DNA of 64,000 nucleotides from a virus (IMGVR_UViG_3300031088_000782:160001-224000), one strand, 5' to 3'; positions 38,907 to 49,218 are shown, counted from the stretch's first letter. Notes: generated by a model from the sequence alone, not told the origin. Numbers and translations: made by a program.

Positions 38907-39963
38907 ATGGCTAAATTTCATGTTAACCCTGAAAGCGGAGAGCCGGGAGACTGCGCCGCTAATAAAGGCAAATGTCCATTCGGAGGAGAAAATGGATTAT
39001 CAAATCATTTTGAAACACATGAAGAAGCAGAAGCAGCTGGGCAAAAAATTTTACAGACTAAATATAGAAAAATAAATTCATTCAAGAAAGAACAAATTTA
39101 TCATCAATTGACAATAAATGATTTAAAAACTAATCAATGGTTTCAACTGCTCCCCAGAAAAAACGCTGAACAAGTTTTCAACATGCTCAAAGCCAACACA
39201 AATGAACAAGATGCAAATTTCATTCGATCAACAGCAGGCATAAAAAACAGTGATGCAAGAACACTTCGAGGAATAATTCAACAATGACTCAAAGAAAGAA
39301 TTCAAGAAAATCCTGCCGAATGGAAAGAAGGGCAAAAAATAGCAAGCAATCTTACAGGAGCAGAAAATAACCCTAAAAGAAAAGCCTACATTGAATCCAT
39401 CAACAACAAACACTTTGAGAAAAACGATATGGGCGGATCCAAATTCACTGACCATAGACTCACAAAAGCAGAAGATGCAATATCTCTTGCCATAGCACAA
39501 AGAGGCGGGTTGAAAGGTGATGACAGAAACAAACTTATCACTTCCGGAGCCGATCCTAATGCATTCTTACCACCAGAGTCAGGAGTAAGATATATTCAAA
39601 TTGAGGCAAAAGGAATCGAAGCCACAAAAAGCACAGCTGACATGAAAGATGATGAAATTCTTACAGTGCAAGCTAAAGACCCAAACGATCCAGAATCAAG
39701 CTTAAGCTTTGTAGCAACAGTAAAAGAACAACCAAAAACAAATGTAGGAACAATCATCATCGGGCCAAAAGAAGATGCCAATGGAGAATTGATCAAAGGA
39801 ACAGAAACACTCTGGACAATGCATCCCGGATCACCTACTCGAGGAATACGATCCAATGACATCCGAGAAAAAAGGACTTAATGATGGATCAACAATCACC
39901 GTTAAAGAACTTCGAGAAAAATTTGGAAAAGACATTAAAGCAAACACAAAAATAATTGAATAA
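38907..39963 (+). pseudogene. N-tagged hypothetical gene interrupted by an in-frame TGA (39285-39287) and a +1 frameshift (A6 at 39868-39873)
   Basis: Frame stays open across the TGA into ORF 39429-39881; deleting one A extends the C-terminus to REKGLNDGSTITVKELREKFG...TAA 39963. Confidence 0.65.
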
Positions 39964-40003
39964 AATATTGAAAGAAATATACAATTATTAACTTAAAAAC
40001 AAT

Positions 40004-40064
40004 AACCAATAGTTGCGAAACATTAAATTTATTAATTATTTTAAAAATTTCGCAACTATTGGTT
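40004..40064. terminator. 17-bp inverted repeat between convergent genes
   Basis: AACCAATAGTTGCGAAA / TTTCGCAACTATTGGTT. Confidence 0.65.
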
Positions 40065-40075
40065 TTTAATGTAAT

Positions 40076-41971
40076 TTATGCCCTATACACAAAAATTCTA
40101 TTACCAGCAGTATAAATAGGTAAGAACCCATTATCTAACATTATCTCTCTATTATTCATTTTAGTTCTGTCGAAATCATTACCAAAATCAAGACCTAATA
40201 ATCTATCTGCACCAACCTTGACAACAGAAGAATTAGAATACTTCTTTTTTGTCTTCAAATTATAATGAACCAAAATCGGGCCATTCGATTTCATTTCATA
40301 AAAACCCAAAGAATTCAAGAATATATTTTTCTTAGTAGTATGATTGAAGTCAACATAACTTACAACAGAAGAAGGTTTTGCATCTTTTAAAAATAATTGA
40401 AAAAGCTTTCCCGAAGCCCCATGAATGATATAATCATCACGAACAGCATATCTAATAAACTCATATTCATATTTGCTATCAAAACGAGATTTGCCGAAAG
40501 TAGCAACAGACATCAGTTGATCATCTTGATAAAGCCCATAACAATAAATCTGTTTTTTAGCAACACCCTGAATATGAAACCTATGCAAGAAAATGTTAGC
40601 AGTCTCCTGATCGATTCTTCGACATGTCAATTTTCGAGCAGAAAGTTTAACAACATTCTTATTTGTTTTCATATTAATCATTTTAAGAATAGCATCCTCA
40701 GTATCCCAATCATAAACCTGAATCAAAGAAACATCATTATTGTGTGCTGCCATAGCTCTTTGATAGTGGTAGTATTTCGTTGGCTTTCTGTGCTTAGAGC
40801 AATTAACTATTTTGCAATTTGAAATAATACATCCAAATGACTTGACAATATTGTGAGAAATAGTAGGATTAATGTCAATTAACAAGCTACGATCATTAAT
40901 ATTTAGATCAAACTGAAATTTACCAACAGGATATTCAAAATCTATATTATATACATCATTACAGGACTCTTTTATTAGTTGAGCAAAAGCTTTGTTTAAA
41001 TTAGAGACTTTTCTGCTTTTTTGGTTTTTCCCATTTTTTAAATTTTCAGAAAATGTTTTTTGAGCCTTAGCAACAATGTCTGAATTCAGCATAACGTTTT
41101 CAAAACCATATTTTTCAATATTTGTCTTGATTCTCTTTTCTTTAACAATGTCTGATTGATTAGGATATTCAACGCCATACTTTTCCATGACAGTTTCCAT
41201 AATCTTTTTCTTAATAATTTTAGAGCCAAAAGGATTTTTTGATCCATACTTCTCCAAATTTGTATCATCTGCGCGTTTTCTGATTTCGGGATCTTGAATA
41301 GCGTATTTAACCCCATATTTTTCAAGATTAGTTCTAACGGTCTTTTCTTTGAATTCATCAAGCATCATAGGATGTTCAACACCATACTTGTCAATATTAG
41401 CTTTAATAATCTTCTGTTTTAATTCATCAGTTGATTGAGGATTCTCTACCCCATAATTTTTTAAACTTGTCTGCTTTCTCTTTTCTTGTGCATTTTTTCC
41501 ATTAATAATTTTAGATGCACAATCACTGCTACAATATTTTCTTTTAGACAAAGGATCTGGAAAATCAAATTTATTTCCGCATTCTAAGCATTCTTTTTGG
41601 TGGATATTTGTGCAGTATTTTTGAGTTGCTGAAGTTGGAATAAATCTTGTTTCGCACAATTCGCAAACTCTTTCCTCTGCTGATTCAGAAAAAGACTTAT
41701 TTCTTAATTCCTGTTCACACTTTAATGAGCAAGTTTTTGAAACCTTATAGAATTCTTTATTGCAAATAACACAATTACGCTTTTTCTTTTGAGAGGCACC
41801 ACGACATTTAGTAGAACAAAATACTTTATCAACCTTCATAGTTGATTTTAATTCAAATTCATTATCACAAACTAAACAATTTTTAAAATGTTTTTTAGCA
41901 CAACGCTTTTTTCTTCGTTTATCAGGTGTAAAAAGATCATTACATACTTCACAACAAATCTGATATTCCAT
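40076..41971 (-). CDS. Free-standing endonuclease-like protein: Zn repeats, KYGVE repeats, PD-(D/E)XK-like domain, C-terminal Mom/GNAT-like domain
   Basis: CxxC..F.PT..Q..C..H repeats; TNLEKYGV repeats; FDLNI..LLIDINPT..H; HIQG..YGLY..VATFG..YEFIRY..GASGKL..VSYVD. Confidence 0.7.
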   Translation of the reverse strand: MEYQICCEVCNDLFTPDKRRKKRCAKKHFKNCLVCDNEFELKSTMKVDKVFCSTKCRGASQKKKRNCVICNKEFYKVSKTCSLKCEQELRNKSFSESAEERVCELCETRFIPTSATQKYCTNIHQKECLECGNKFDFPDPLSKRKYCSSDCASKIINGKNAQEKRKQTSLKNYGVENPQSTDELKQKIIKANIDKYGVEHPMMLDEFKEKTVRTNLEKYGVKYAIQDPEIRKRADDTNLEKYGSKNPFGSKIIKKKIMETVMEKYGVEYPNQSDIVKEKRIKTNIEKYGFENVMLNSDIVAKAQKTFSENLKNGKNQKSRKVSNLNKAFAQLIKESCNDVYNIDFEYPVGKFQFDLNINDRSLLIDINPTISHNIVKSFGCIISNCKIVNCSKHRKPTKYYHYQRAMAAHNNDVSLIQVYDWDTEDAILKMINMKTNKNVVKLSARKLTCRRIDQETANIFLHRFHIQGVAKKQIYCYGLYQDDQLMSVATFGKSRFDSKYEYEFIRYAVRDDYIIHGASGKLFQLFLKDAKPSSVVSYVDFNHTTKKNIFLNSLGFYEMKSNGPILVHYNLKTKKKYSNSSVVKVGADRLLGLDFGNDFDRTKMNNREIMLDNGFLPIYTAGNRIFVYRA

Positions 41972-42049
41972 AATGAATCCTAACTAACTTATTTATATAT
42001 TGTTTACTACTATTATTATAACAATTTTAAAGGAAAGAAAGCATTAATT

Positions 42050-42169
42050 ATGAAAATAAAATCAATAAAAGAAATTGCTCCTGAACCTGCAAGATGTATT
42101 GAAGTCGATTCACCTGACCGACTTTTTGCTGCCGGAGGAGAATTTGGGAATGCTTTCGTAACTCACAAT
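42050..42169 (+). other. Split-intein C fragment (40 aa)
   Basis: MKIKSIKEI..ARCIEVDSPDRLF..FVTHN followed by +1 Ser: blocks F and G. Confidence 0.88.
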
Positions 42170-43198
42170 TCTGTTGTTCAAAGAAACATCATTTTCGGTG
42201 CTATTATGAGGCCGGAGAGTTGGCGCTTCCTTGGGATAGACCTGAAAAAAGTTGAACTTTCTTCCTTTCGCGCTTACTCAAATGTTGTTCTAGGTATTGC
42301 AACAGAAATCGAAGATGCGCTAACTGTTTTGCGTTTTGCTCAACAAACAATGATGAAACGTTATGCAGAGATGGAACAACTTGGAGTAAATAACTTTTTG
42401 GATCTTCCAGAAAAAGGACAAGCTTTATTGGTAATGGTTGACGAGGCTGGTGAGCTTCTTTCTCCATCGGGTGTGAAATCAGAAGAAGCTAAGGCTGAAG
42501 ATGAGCTTAAAGGCGAGGCAGCTATGATTATTGGCTCGGTAGCGCGTTTGGGAAGAGCGGCGGGAGTTCATCTTGTAATTGCCACTCAGAGGCCGGACGC
42601 CAAGATAATATCGGGCGAAACTAAGGCTAACCTTGGTGTTCGAATTAACTGTGGGCGAACAGATTCCAACGCTTCGTCAATGATTTTGGGAACTGGTGAG
42701 GGAACAAGAGTAAAGGCTAATCCTCGCGGTCGTTTATATTTGAGAATCTATGGTAGTGGTAATCATGGGCAAGGATTTTTTGCTGACCAGTCTTGGATTG
42801 ACGAATATTTGGCAAGTAAGGGATTGAACCCTGATGGGACAGAAATCAACAGTGGAAAGAAGTCTCGTTTGGCTAATGTCACAGATATGTCTCAGTTCGA
42901 AACTGGCGATTTGGATGCTCGTGAGGGCGTAGACAATTCGTCAATTATTGAGCAAATCAGAGACGAAGAGAGCGATGAGAGTTTCAATAATGTCATGAGT
43001 CAAATTGATGGAGACGAGGAAGAGGACGATGATTGGGGATTCGATGATTCTGATGATACTTCTTCAACTCAACACGATGACGGAAAACTTGGTCGACCAG
43101 AATTGGGAACAGGAGAGAAAAATCCTGATAAATTTAAGAGACCAGAAGAGTCATGGGATCTAGATCTGGAAAGTTTGATTGAAGAAAACAACGAGTAA
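42050..43198 (+). CDS. FtsK/SpoIIIE-family ATPase C-terminal half preceded by Int-C
   Basis: Extein starts at S of Walker A (SVVQRNII); IDLKKVEL, MVDEAGEL, ARLGRAAGVHLVIATQRP; acidic tail. Confidence 0.85.
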   Translation: MKIKSIKEIAPEPARCIEVDSPDRLFAAGGEFGNAFVTHNSVVQRNIIFGAIMRPESWRFLGIDLKKVELSSFRAYSNVVLGIATEIEDALTVLRFAQQTMMKRYAEMEQLGVNNFLDLPEKGQALLVMVDEAGELLSPSGVKSEEAKAEDELKGEAAMIIGSVARLGRAAGVHLVIATQRPDAKIISGETKANLGVRINCGRTDSNASSMILGTGEGTRVKANPRGRLYLRIYGSGNHGQGFFADQSWIDEYLASKGLNPDGTEINSGKKSRLANVTDMSQFETGDLDAREGVDNSSIIEQIRDEESDESFNNVMSQIDGDEEEDDDWGFDDSDDTSSTQHDDGKLGRPELGTGEKNPDKFKRPEESWDLDLESLIEENNE

Positions 43199-43264
43199 TA
43201 AGCATTTTCGCAAATATTTCGGTAAAATAATAAAAGTATAGAAAGTGTTATTTGAGGAGATTGT

Positions 43265-45259
43265 ATGCGAATTTGCAAACGTTGTGATAAAGAATTCACA
43301 CCTACCAAAGTTAATCAACAAGTGTGCGATAATCCTCATTTTTCTGTGTGTGAAAATTGTGGGAAAAGCTTTTCTTGGAGTAAGAGGAAGAAAACGTGCT
43401 CTACTGTTTGCACTGCGGAATTGAGAAAGAAGAATTCAAAAACAATTTCTTGCCAATGGGAAGGGTGCAACGGTTCTTTTCCTAATAATGGACGAACAAT
43501 ATACTGCGATAAAGAGCATACAAAAACTTGTGAAAGCTGTGGAAATGAATTTACTGTTGTAAACATGAATAAAATTTCTCGTTCATGCTCTCAAAGCTGC
43601 GCATCTGCTTTATCTCATAATGATTCTTCAAGAAAAAACCGCAAAGACAACAGTTTGAAAAAATATGGAACTGAATTTGTTACTCAAGCTGATTCTGTGA
43701 AGAAAAAAATCAAAGATGTGCTTGATAATGATTCTTCTAAAGATTTTCGTATTGGTAGTAAAAACTTTTCTCAAACTATTAAAGAGAAGTACGGTGTTGA
43801 CAATGTCAGTTCTGCAGATGAAATAAAGCAGAAAAAAGTTCAATCTTCATTGTTGAAGTATGGTGTTGATAACCCAATGCAGAGCAAAGAGGTTAAAGAC
43901 AGATTCAATAAATCTATTTTTGAAAAATATAATACTGATTTTTCATCTTTGGGACATAAGTATTTCAAGAACAATAACAATAATTTCACGTCTCCTTCGC
44001 AAATTCATATTAAAAATTTTTCTGAGTGGAAAAGTTTTGACAAATGGGTTGTTGATGAATATAATAAAACAGGAAAATTGCTTAATGTCGAAGAGGTAGC
44101 TAATTATTTCAATGTGCATCCTTTAACTATCCTTGGGAAAAAGAATAAGAATTTATTACAAAAATATTTTGAAGCTTCCATTGTTTCCAAAAAAGAGAAG
44201 AAGTTTATTGAATTCGTTGAACAAAATTTTCCAGATCTTCGTTATAAGCGAAACGATAGAACTGTTATCTATCCGAAAGAGTTAGATTTCTTTTTTCCAG
44301 ATCATAATCTTGCGGTTGAGATCTCTCCTACTTCCACTCATTTCAGTTTAGATGATTCTCTTGTTGATTCGGAAATATTGTTGAATTATTCTGGATGGAG
44401 CACTCCCAAGGATTCTGATTATCATTTGCAAAAACTATTGAAATGTGAAGAAAAAGGAATTGAACTTATTACTGTCTTCGATTGGATGCCTTGGGATAAA
44501 GTTGTTGAGATGATATCCCATAAGTTGATGAATGCTTCTCGAAAGATCTATGCCCGTAAAACAAAGGTTAACAGTATTGTCAAAAACCCGAACAATAAAT
44601 TTTCGAAGAGTTTGAGAATTTTGGTAAATGATTGGCATGTTTTGGGGTTCAATTCTAGGGGCACTGATTTCTATACTTATTTGGAATATGATGATGAAGT
44701 TGTCGCTGTTGCTTGTTGGGGAAAGCCACGAACTTTGAATATTCGTTCTTTGAAGAATAAAAGCGCAGATTCCAGACAAAAAGATAATACCTATGAACTT
44801 GTCCGAATGTGTTTTAAACCGGGGTTTAGTGTTCCTGGTGGAGCCTCAAAGTTGTTGAAGAATTTTTTGAGTTATATGAAAGAGAGCAACAATCAGGTAG
44901 ATAAATTAATTACTTTCAGCGATAACGATTTGGGTTCGGGAAACATCTATTCAACTATTGGGTTTGAAATGATCAATGTCCCCCAAGCTGGAAAAAATTA
45001 TGTGAATCCTTTCTATATAAAGAACAATAGCACTGATGAGTTGTTCCGAATTAAAGATACAAGTTTGCATTTTGCTGGTGCTGACAGGTTGTTGAAAAAT
45101 TTTCCTGGTTATGAATCTGTTGGTATGGAATGTAAGTGTGCGGACGAGTTTCATGAGAATGGATCATGTTTGCCGAATAATGAGCAGATTGTTTTGTCTT
45201 ATGGGTTCTTGCCTGTTTATGACTGCGGTTATAAGAAATGGGAATATATTGTCAATTGA
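43265..45259 (+). CDS. Free-standing endonuclease-like protein, same architecture as 40076-41971
   Basis: CKRCDKEFTPT..Q..C..PH; KYGVDN repeats; ELDFFFPDHNLAVEI; YARK..WHVLG..YELVRMCF..GGASKL..ITFSD. Confidence 0.72.
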   Translation: MRICKRCDKEFTPTKVNQQVCDNPHFSVCENCGKSFSWSKRKKTCSTVCTAELRKKNSKTISCQWEGCNGSFPNNGRTIYCDKEHTKTCESCGNEFTVVNMNKISRSCSQSCASALSHNDSSRKNRKDNSLKKYGTEFVTQADSVKKKIKDVLDNDSSKDFRIGSKNFSQTIKEKYGVDNVSSADEIKQKKVQSSLLKYGVDNPMQSKEVKDRFNKSIFEKYNTDFSSLGHKYFKNNNNNFTSPSQIHIKNFSEWKSFDKWVVDEYNKTGKLLNVEEVANYFNVHPLTILGKKNKNLLQKYFEASIVSKKEKKFIEFVEQNFPDLRYKRNDRTVIYPKELDFFFPDHNLAVEISPTSTHFSLDDSLVDSEILLNYSGWSTPKDSDYHLQKLLKCEEKGIELITVFDWMPWDKVVEMISHKLMNASRKIYARKTKVNSIVKNPNNKFSKSLRILVNDWHVLGFNSRGTDFYTYLEYDDEVVAVACWGKPRTLNIRSLKNKSADSRQKDNTYELVRMCFKPGFSVPGGASKLLKNFLSYMKESNNQVDKLITFSDNDLGSGNIYSTIGFEMINVPQAGKNYVNPFYIKNNSTDELFRIKDTSLHFAGADRLLKNFPGYESVGMECKCADEFHENGSCLPNNEQIVLSYGFLPVYDCGYKKWEYIVN

Positions 45260-45366
45260 GAAAAATCGCTAGTTTAAATTTGCGTAATATTTTTAATGTT
45301 AATTAAGCGTTTGATAATTAGATTAAACAGTTTCACGTTTTTAATACTGAAAAGAGGAGCTTTGCT

Positions 45367-46317
45367 ATGAATTTTGATTATTTTGATAAATCTTTGGGTT
45401 GTTTTCGTGGGTTGGCTGTCGGTGATGCACTGGGAGCCCCCGTAGAGTTTTCTCAGCGTGGTTCTTTTGTTCCTGTCACAAGTTATCGACCTTCTACTTT
45501 TCACGGCTTAAATGCGGGAGAATGGACTGATGATACTATTATGGCTCTTTGTTTGGCCGAGTCGATGATTGAGAGTAACGGATATGATTCTTTTTCAGTA
45601 ATGTCTTCTTATGTGAAATGGTACAAAGAAGGATATAATTCTCCCAAAGGAACTTGTTTTGACATTGGGAATCAAACAAGCACTGCTTTGGATATTTTCA
45701 TTGATTCACCTTTTTTAGATAAAAGTTCACAAACTTCTTCAGCAGGAAATGGAACAATTATGAGATTAGCTCCTGCATCTATTGTGTCTTTAAATTTGTC
45801 GGATGAAGATTCTAAAAAACTTTTTACTGTGAGTGCTTTGGATACACACAACAACAGTGAGACGATTGAGTCGACTATTCTTTTTGGGTTTATCCTCAAG
45901 GGGTTATTGAGCGGGAAAGATAAAAATGAATCTTTTGATTATGCAGTAGACTTGACAAATAACTATAATAATGTTGCAGACAATGTTCTTTCTGTAACTG
46001 ATGATACTGTTGGTAACAGTGGATATGTTGTTGTTTCTTTGGCTGCTGCTTGGTGGGCTTTCTCTACGACTGATAGCTTTAAAGATGCTGTTTTGAAGGC
46101 GGTGAATCTTGGCGGTGACGCTGACACAATTGCAGCTATTACAGGGCAATTGGCAGGATCTTTCTATGGAGATTCAGGCATTGATGAAATACTTAAATTA
46201 GGGCTTTATCAAACTGAACGTTTTGAACGATTAGCGAAATCTTTGTTGGAAGTAGAGCATGGTGTTATCAGGACAAGATACGAAAACGATACAGTAATTG
46301 CTGATAATTTTTTATAA
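45367..46317 (+). CDS. ADP-ribosylglycohydrolase (DraG/ARH family)
   Basis: GLAVGDALG, WTDDT, CFDIG, GNG.IMR, GGDADTIAAITGQLAG. Confidence 0.92.
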   Translation: MNFDYFDKSLGCFRGLAVGDALGAPVEFSQRGSFVPVTSYRPSTFHGLNAGEWTDDTIMALCLAESMIESNGYDSFSVMSSYVKWYKEGYNSPKGTCFDIGNQTSTALDIFIDSPFLDKSSQTSSAGNGTIMRLAPASIVSLNLSDEDSKKLFTVSALDTHNNSETIESTILFGFILKGLLSGKDKNESFDYAVDLTNNYNNVADNVLSVTDDTVGNSGYVVVSLAAAWWAFSTTDSFKDAVLKAVNLGGDADTIAAITGQLAGSFYGDSGIDEILKLGLYQTERFERLAKSLLEVEHGVIRTRYENDTVIADNFL

Positions 46318-46432
46318 AATATGGCAAAAGATTGTTGATAAAATAGTTTGTATAAAGTTTTGAAATAAATTATTAAATGAATTTATTTTTTAACTTTTTG
46401 GTAATGTTTATGAATAGATATACAACTATGTA

Positions 46433-47359
46433 ATGAAAACAATTTCTAAGGAAGCATATATGGCTGAAAATAATGTTGATGAGAGTAAAAATCCTAAACC
46501 TGCAAAAGTGGTGGTTGTTGTCAAAAATTATCCAATGAGAAATAGGGTTGCTTCTATTTTCTCTTTGCCGTTTTTAGTTTTAGCTTCTGCTATTTTTTCT
46601 GTTCCGCTTTTGCTTTTTGGAAAATTGGGGCTTTCTGCTGCTTTGACTTTGACTGTCGTATCTGAGATTATTATTGTTATTTTGGCATTGAATTATATTG
46701 ATCAATTGAAAAATTGGGCAAAAAAATTACGGTTAAATAATTTCAAATGGAGTAATGTGTTTATCGGCATTGGGTTTGGCTCTGTCATGTATTTCTTGCT
46801 TCAAGGGTTGGCAATAGGCATGAACTATTTGGGGATGCCTATCGTGTCGAGTGATACAAGTGTTGCTATTACTTCTTCAACTGGTTTGTCTTATGTTATT
46901 GCTTCCTTTATTCTTGCTCCTTTCATAGTTCCATTTGTTGAGGAGTTGTTTTTCAGAGGGTATGTTCTTGGGTTCTTTTATGACTCTTTCGAAGTTAAAG
47001 AAAAAATGCTTAAAGAATCTAAGAAAAAAATAAAAAATATTAAAAAACAAGAAAAAGATGACAGCGAAAAATTCGATGAAGAATCTAATTCTATCGTTTT
47101 TACTGAGGAAGAATTGAAAAATAAGAGCAGAAAAAATTGGGCTGTGTTTTGGTCTTTGTTGGTTTCTTCAATTGTTTTCAGCTTAGCTCATTTTCAGGGT
47201 TTATCAGATTCGACAGATATTTTCTTGTTGATTTGGATTGCGTTTATGGCATGTGTTAATGGTATTCTGTTTTTGAAAACGAAAAGTATTTACACATCTT
47301 TCTTTTTGCATATGACTTATAATGGATTGACTCTTCTTGTCCCCCTTCTTCTTGGCTAA
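46433..47359 (+). CDS. CPBP (CAAX/Abi) intramembrane metalloprotease
   Basis: PFVEELFFRG, FSLAH, LHMTYN; multiple TM segments. Confidence 0.87.
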   Translation: MKTISKEAYMAENNVDESKNPKPAKVVVVVKNYPMRNRVASIFSLPFLVLASAIFSVPLLLFGKLGLSAALTLTVVSEIIIVILALNYIDQLKNWAKKLRLNNFKWSNVFIGIGFGSVMYFLLQGLAIGMNYLGMPIVSSDTSVAITSSTGLSYVIASFILAPFIVPFVEELFFRGYVLGFFYDSFEVKEKMLKESKKKIKNIKKQEKDDSEKFDEESNSIVFTEEELKNKSRKNWAVFWSLLVSSIVFSLAHFQGLSDSTDIFLLIWIAFMACVNGILFLKTKSIYTSFFLHMTYNGLTLLVPLLLG

Positions 47360-47529
47360 AATCTTATCATTAAATCTGAATTCGAAGACAAGAATACATT
47401 AATATTTTTTGCTATAATCGTTTCAAAATGTTCCATAATTTAAAATTTAATAATTCAGTAATATTTTCGAAATTTTTTGTTGTTGATATAAGTTAACGAC
47501 AGCAGAAAACACGAGAAAGGAAAGTTATT

Positions 47530-47784
47530 ATGAAAATAGGATCCGCAATAGTTGTTTTTGTTTTAGGGGCAATCATGGCTTTCGCTGTGAAAGACGTTAT
47601 TCCTAATGTTAATCTGGAACTCATTGGGTTTATTCTTATGGGTGCTGGTCTTGTTGGTTTTCTTGTTACTTTGTTTTTCACAATGTATAATTCCAAAAAG
47701 GTTTCTACAACTAAAACAGGAATAGATGCAGATGGAAACAAAGTCACAAAACGAGAGTCAGATGGGATTGATAATTCGTTGTGA
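47530..47784 (+). CDS. Small two-TM protein, DUF6458-like
   Basis: IG..VFVLGAIMAFAV..VNL..IGFILMGAG pattern recalled from actinobacterial proteins. Confidence 0.65.
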   Translation: MKIGSAIVVFVLGAIMAFAVKDVIPNVNLELIGFILMGAGLVGFLVTLFFTMYNSKKVSTTKTGIDADGNKVTKRESDGIDNSL

Positions 47785-47951
47785 AATTCTAGAATTTAAA
47801 AATATTATATAATATGTTCTAAATTAATTACGAATAACAGTTTCGAAAGTAGATTTAAAAAACGACTACTTTTGGAACTGTTATTTTTTTTATTTCGTTA
47901 AGATATTAATATGTATAAAAATCATTTTTAAAAACGAAAGAAAGAGGAAAA

Positions 47952-48281
47952 ATGAATATTTCTCAATTGCAAAAAGGCGAGTTTGCGTGGAGACCTAACA
48001 GAGATATTTCTGATCATGATTATGATGTTGTCTGTAAGTGGAATGGGCCATCTATCACGTCTTTCAAACTTTCTGAAGAAACTGTGATTGCTTGTGTTGT
48101 TGATGAACCTCAACCAAATGGAAAAGAAACATGGTTTTATGTTTCTTTAACAGAAGAAGAGTCGGATTTTTGGGAAACTGCGATGTTTGACGATGTTTTC
48201 GATATGATTGATTATATTGAAAAACTGACTAAGTATTCTGACAGATTAATTGTTGAAGTTGAGGATGGAAGAATAGCGTAA
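47952..48281 (+). CDS. Hypothetical acidic protein
   Basis: SD GAGG; 109 aa. Confidence 0.65.
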   Translation: MNISQLQKGEFAWRPNRDISDHDYDVVCKWNGPSITSFKLSEETVIACVVDEPQPNGKETWFYVSLTEEESDFWETAMFDDVFDMIDYIEKLTKYSDRLIVEVEDGRIA

Positions 48282-48363
48282 CCTTAATAATTTGTTCGTA
48301 GGGATTTTCTAATATATTATTTTAAATTTATTTATATTGCTCAAATATTTAGAAATTCATAAA

Positions 48364-49218
48364 TTATTCAGCAATTATTTCCACAAATGGTTGAACTTCA
48401 TTATGTGCCTCATTTTCATAACCAGGATCCATAAACAGCATCCAGTTGTTTTTCTTATTATCAAGTGGAGCAATAGTTACTAATTCGTTTTCGTGGATTT
48501 CAGCAATATTTTGGAATTCAATGTCAGTGCCAGGGAAAAATCCTTGAATATCATGAAATAAATAAGGAAAAATATGCCCGACCGCTTGGTTAAATGTTAT
48601 TGAATTGATTTTGTTCCATAAAAACCATGACTCATGAATGCCATGTGACCAAATTGTTCCTGTGGGAGAGCTAATGTCACGCTCGATTCCCATCATCAAA
48701 CCAGGTTTATGAATATCTTCCAAAGGCAAAGATGAAATTACATTATTGTATTCTTCTACTGCATAATTTCTTAAAAACTTCTCCCAGAAAGGAAAAGAGA
48801 TTCCAGCGTGAGAAAATATAAGAGGATCCTCCAAAATATATTCTTTGTTGGAGGTTTTGATGATCGCACCAGCTGTAATAGTGTAAGTAAATTTCAAAAA
48901 TCCGTCATTATGCCAGCGTTTTAGAATTGATTGAGAAAACTCATTTAACAATCCTATTTTTCTGAAATAAACTCCACCTAAATACTGAGCTTCGTGATTA
49001 CCCATGATCTGAATCCACTGACCAGGGTTGATAATACGAATCTTTTCAACCATTTCTAAAATTTCTTTACTTTGTGGCCCTTTATGAATCAAGTCTCCAC
49101 AATGGATAATGATAGTGTTTTCAGGCAAATATAAGTCCTTTGTCATTCCTGCTTTCAATAACCCTCTATACAATTGCTGAAAATGTCCGCCTGTATCTCC
49201 GAAAACTATATATCTCAT
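48364..49218 (-). CDS. Calcineurin-like metallophosphoesterase
   Basis: GDTGGH, GDLIHKG, GNHE, SHAG, GH. Confidence 0.87.
   Translation of the reverse strand: MRYIVFGDTGGHFQQLYRGLLKAGMTKDLYLPENTIIIHCGDLIHKGPQSKEILEMVEKIRIINPGQWIQIMGNHEAQYLGGVYFRKIGLLNEFSQSILKRWHNDGFLKFTYTITAGAIIKTSNKEYILEDPLIFSHAGISFPFWEKFLRNYAVEEYNNVISSLPLEDIHKPGLMMGIERDISSPTGTIWSHGIHESWFLWNKINSITFNQAVGHIFPYLFHDIQGFFPGTDIEFQNIAEIHENELVTIAPLDNKKNNWMLFMDPGYENEAHNEVQPFVEIIAE

Noticed and set aside
39285-39287. In-frame TGA as evidence of a reassigned genetic code
   Set aside because: Many intact genes and the tmRNA tag end in TGA, and no suppressor tRNA is present in the window
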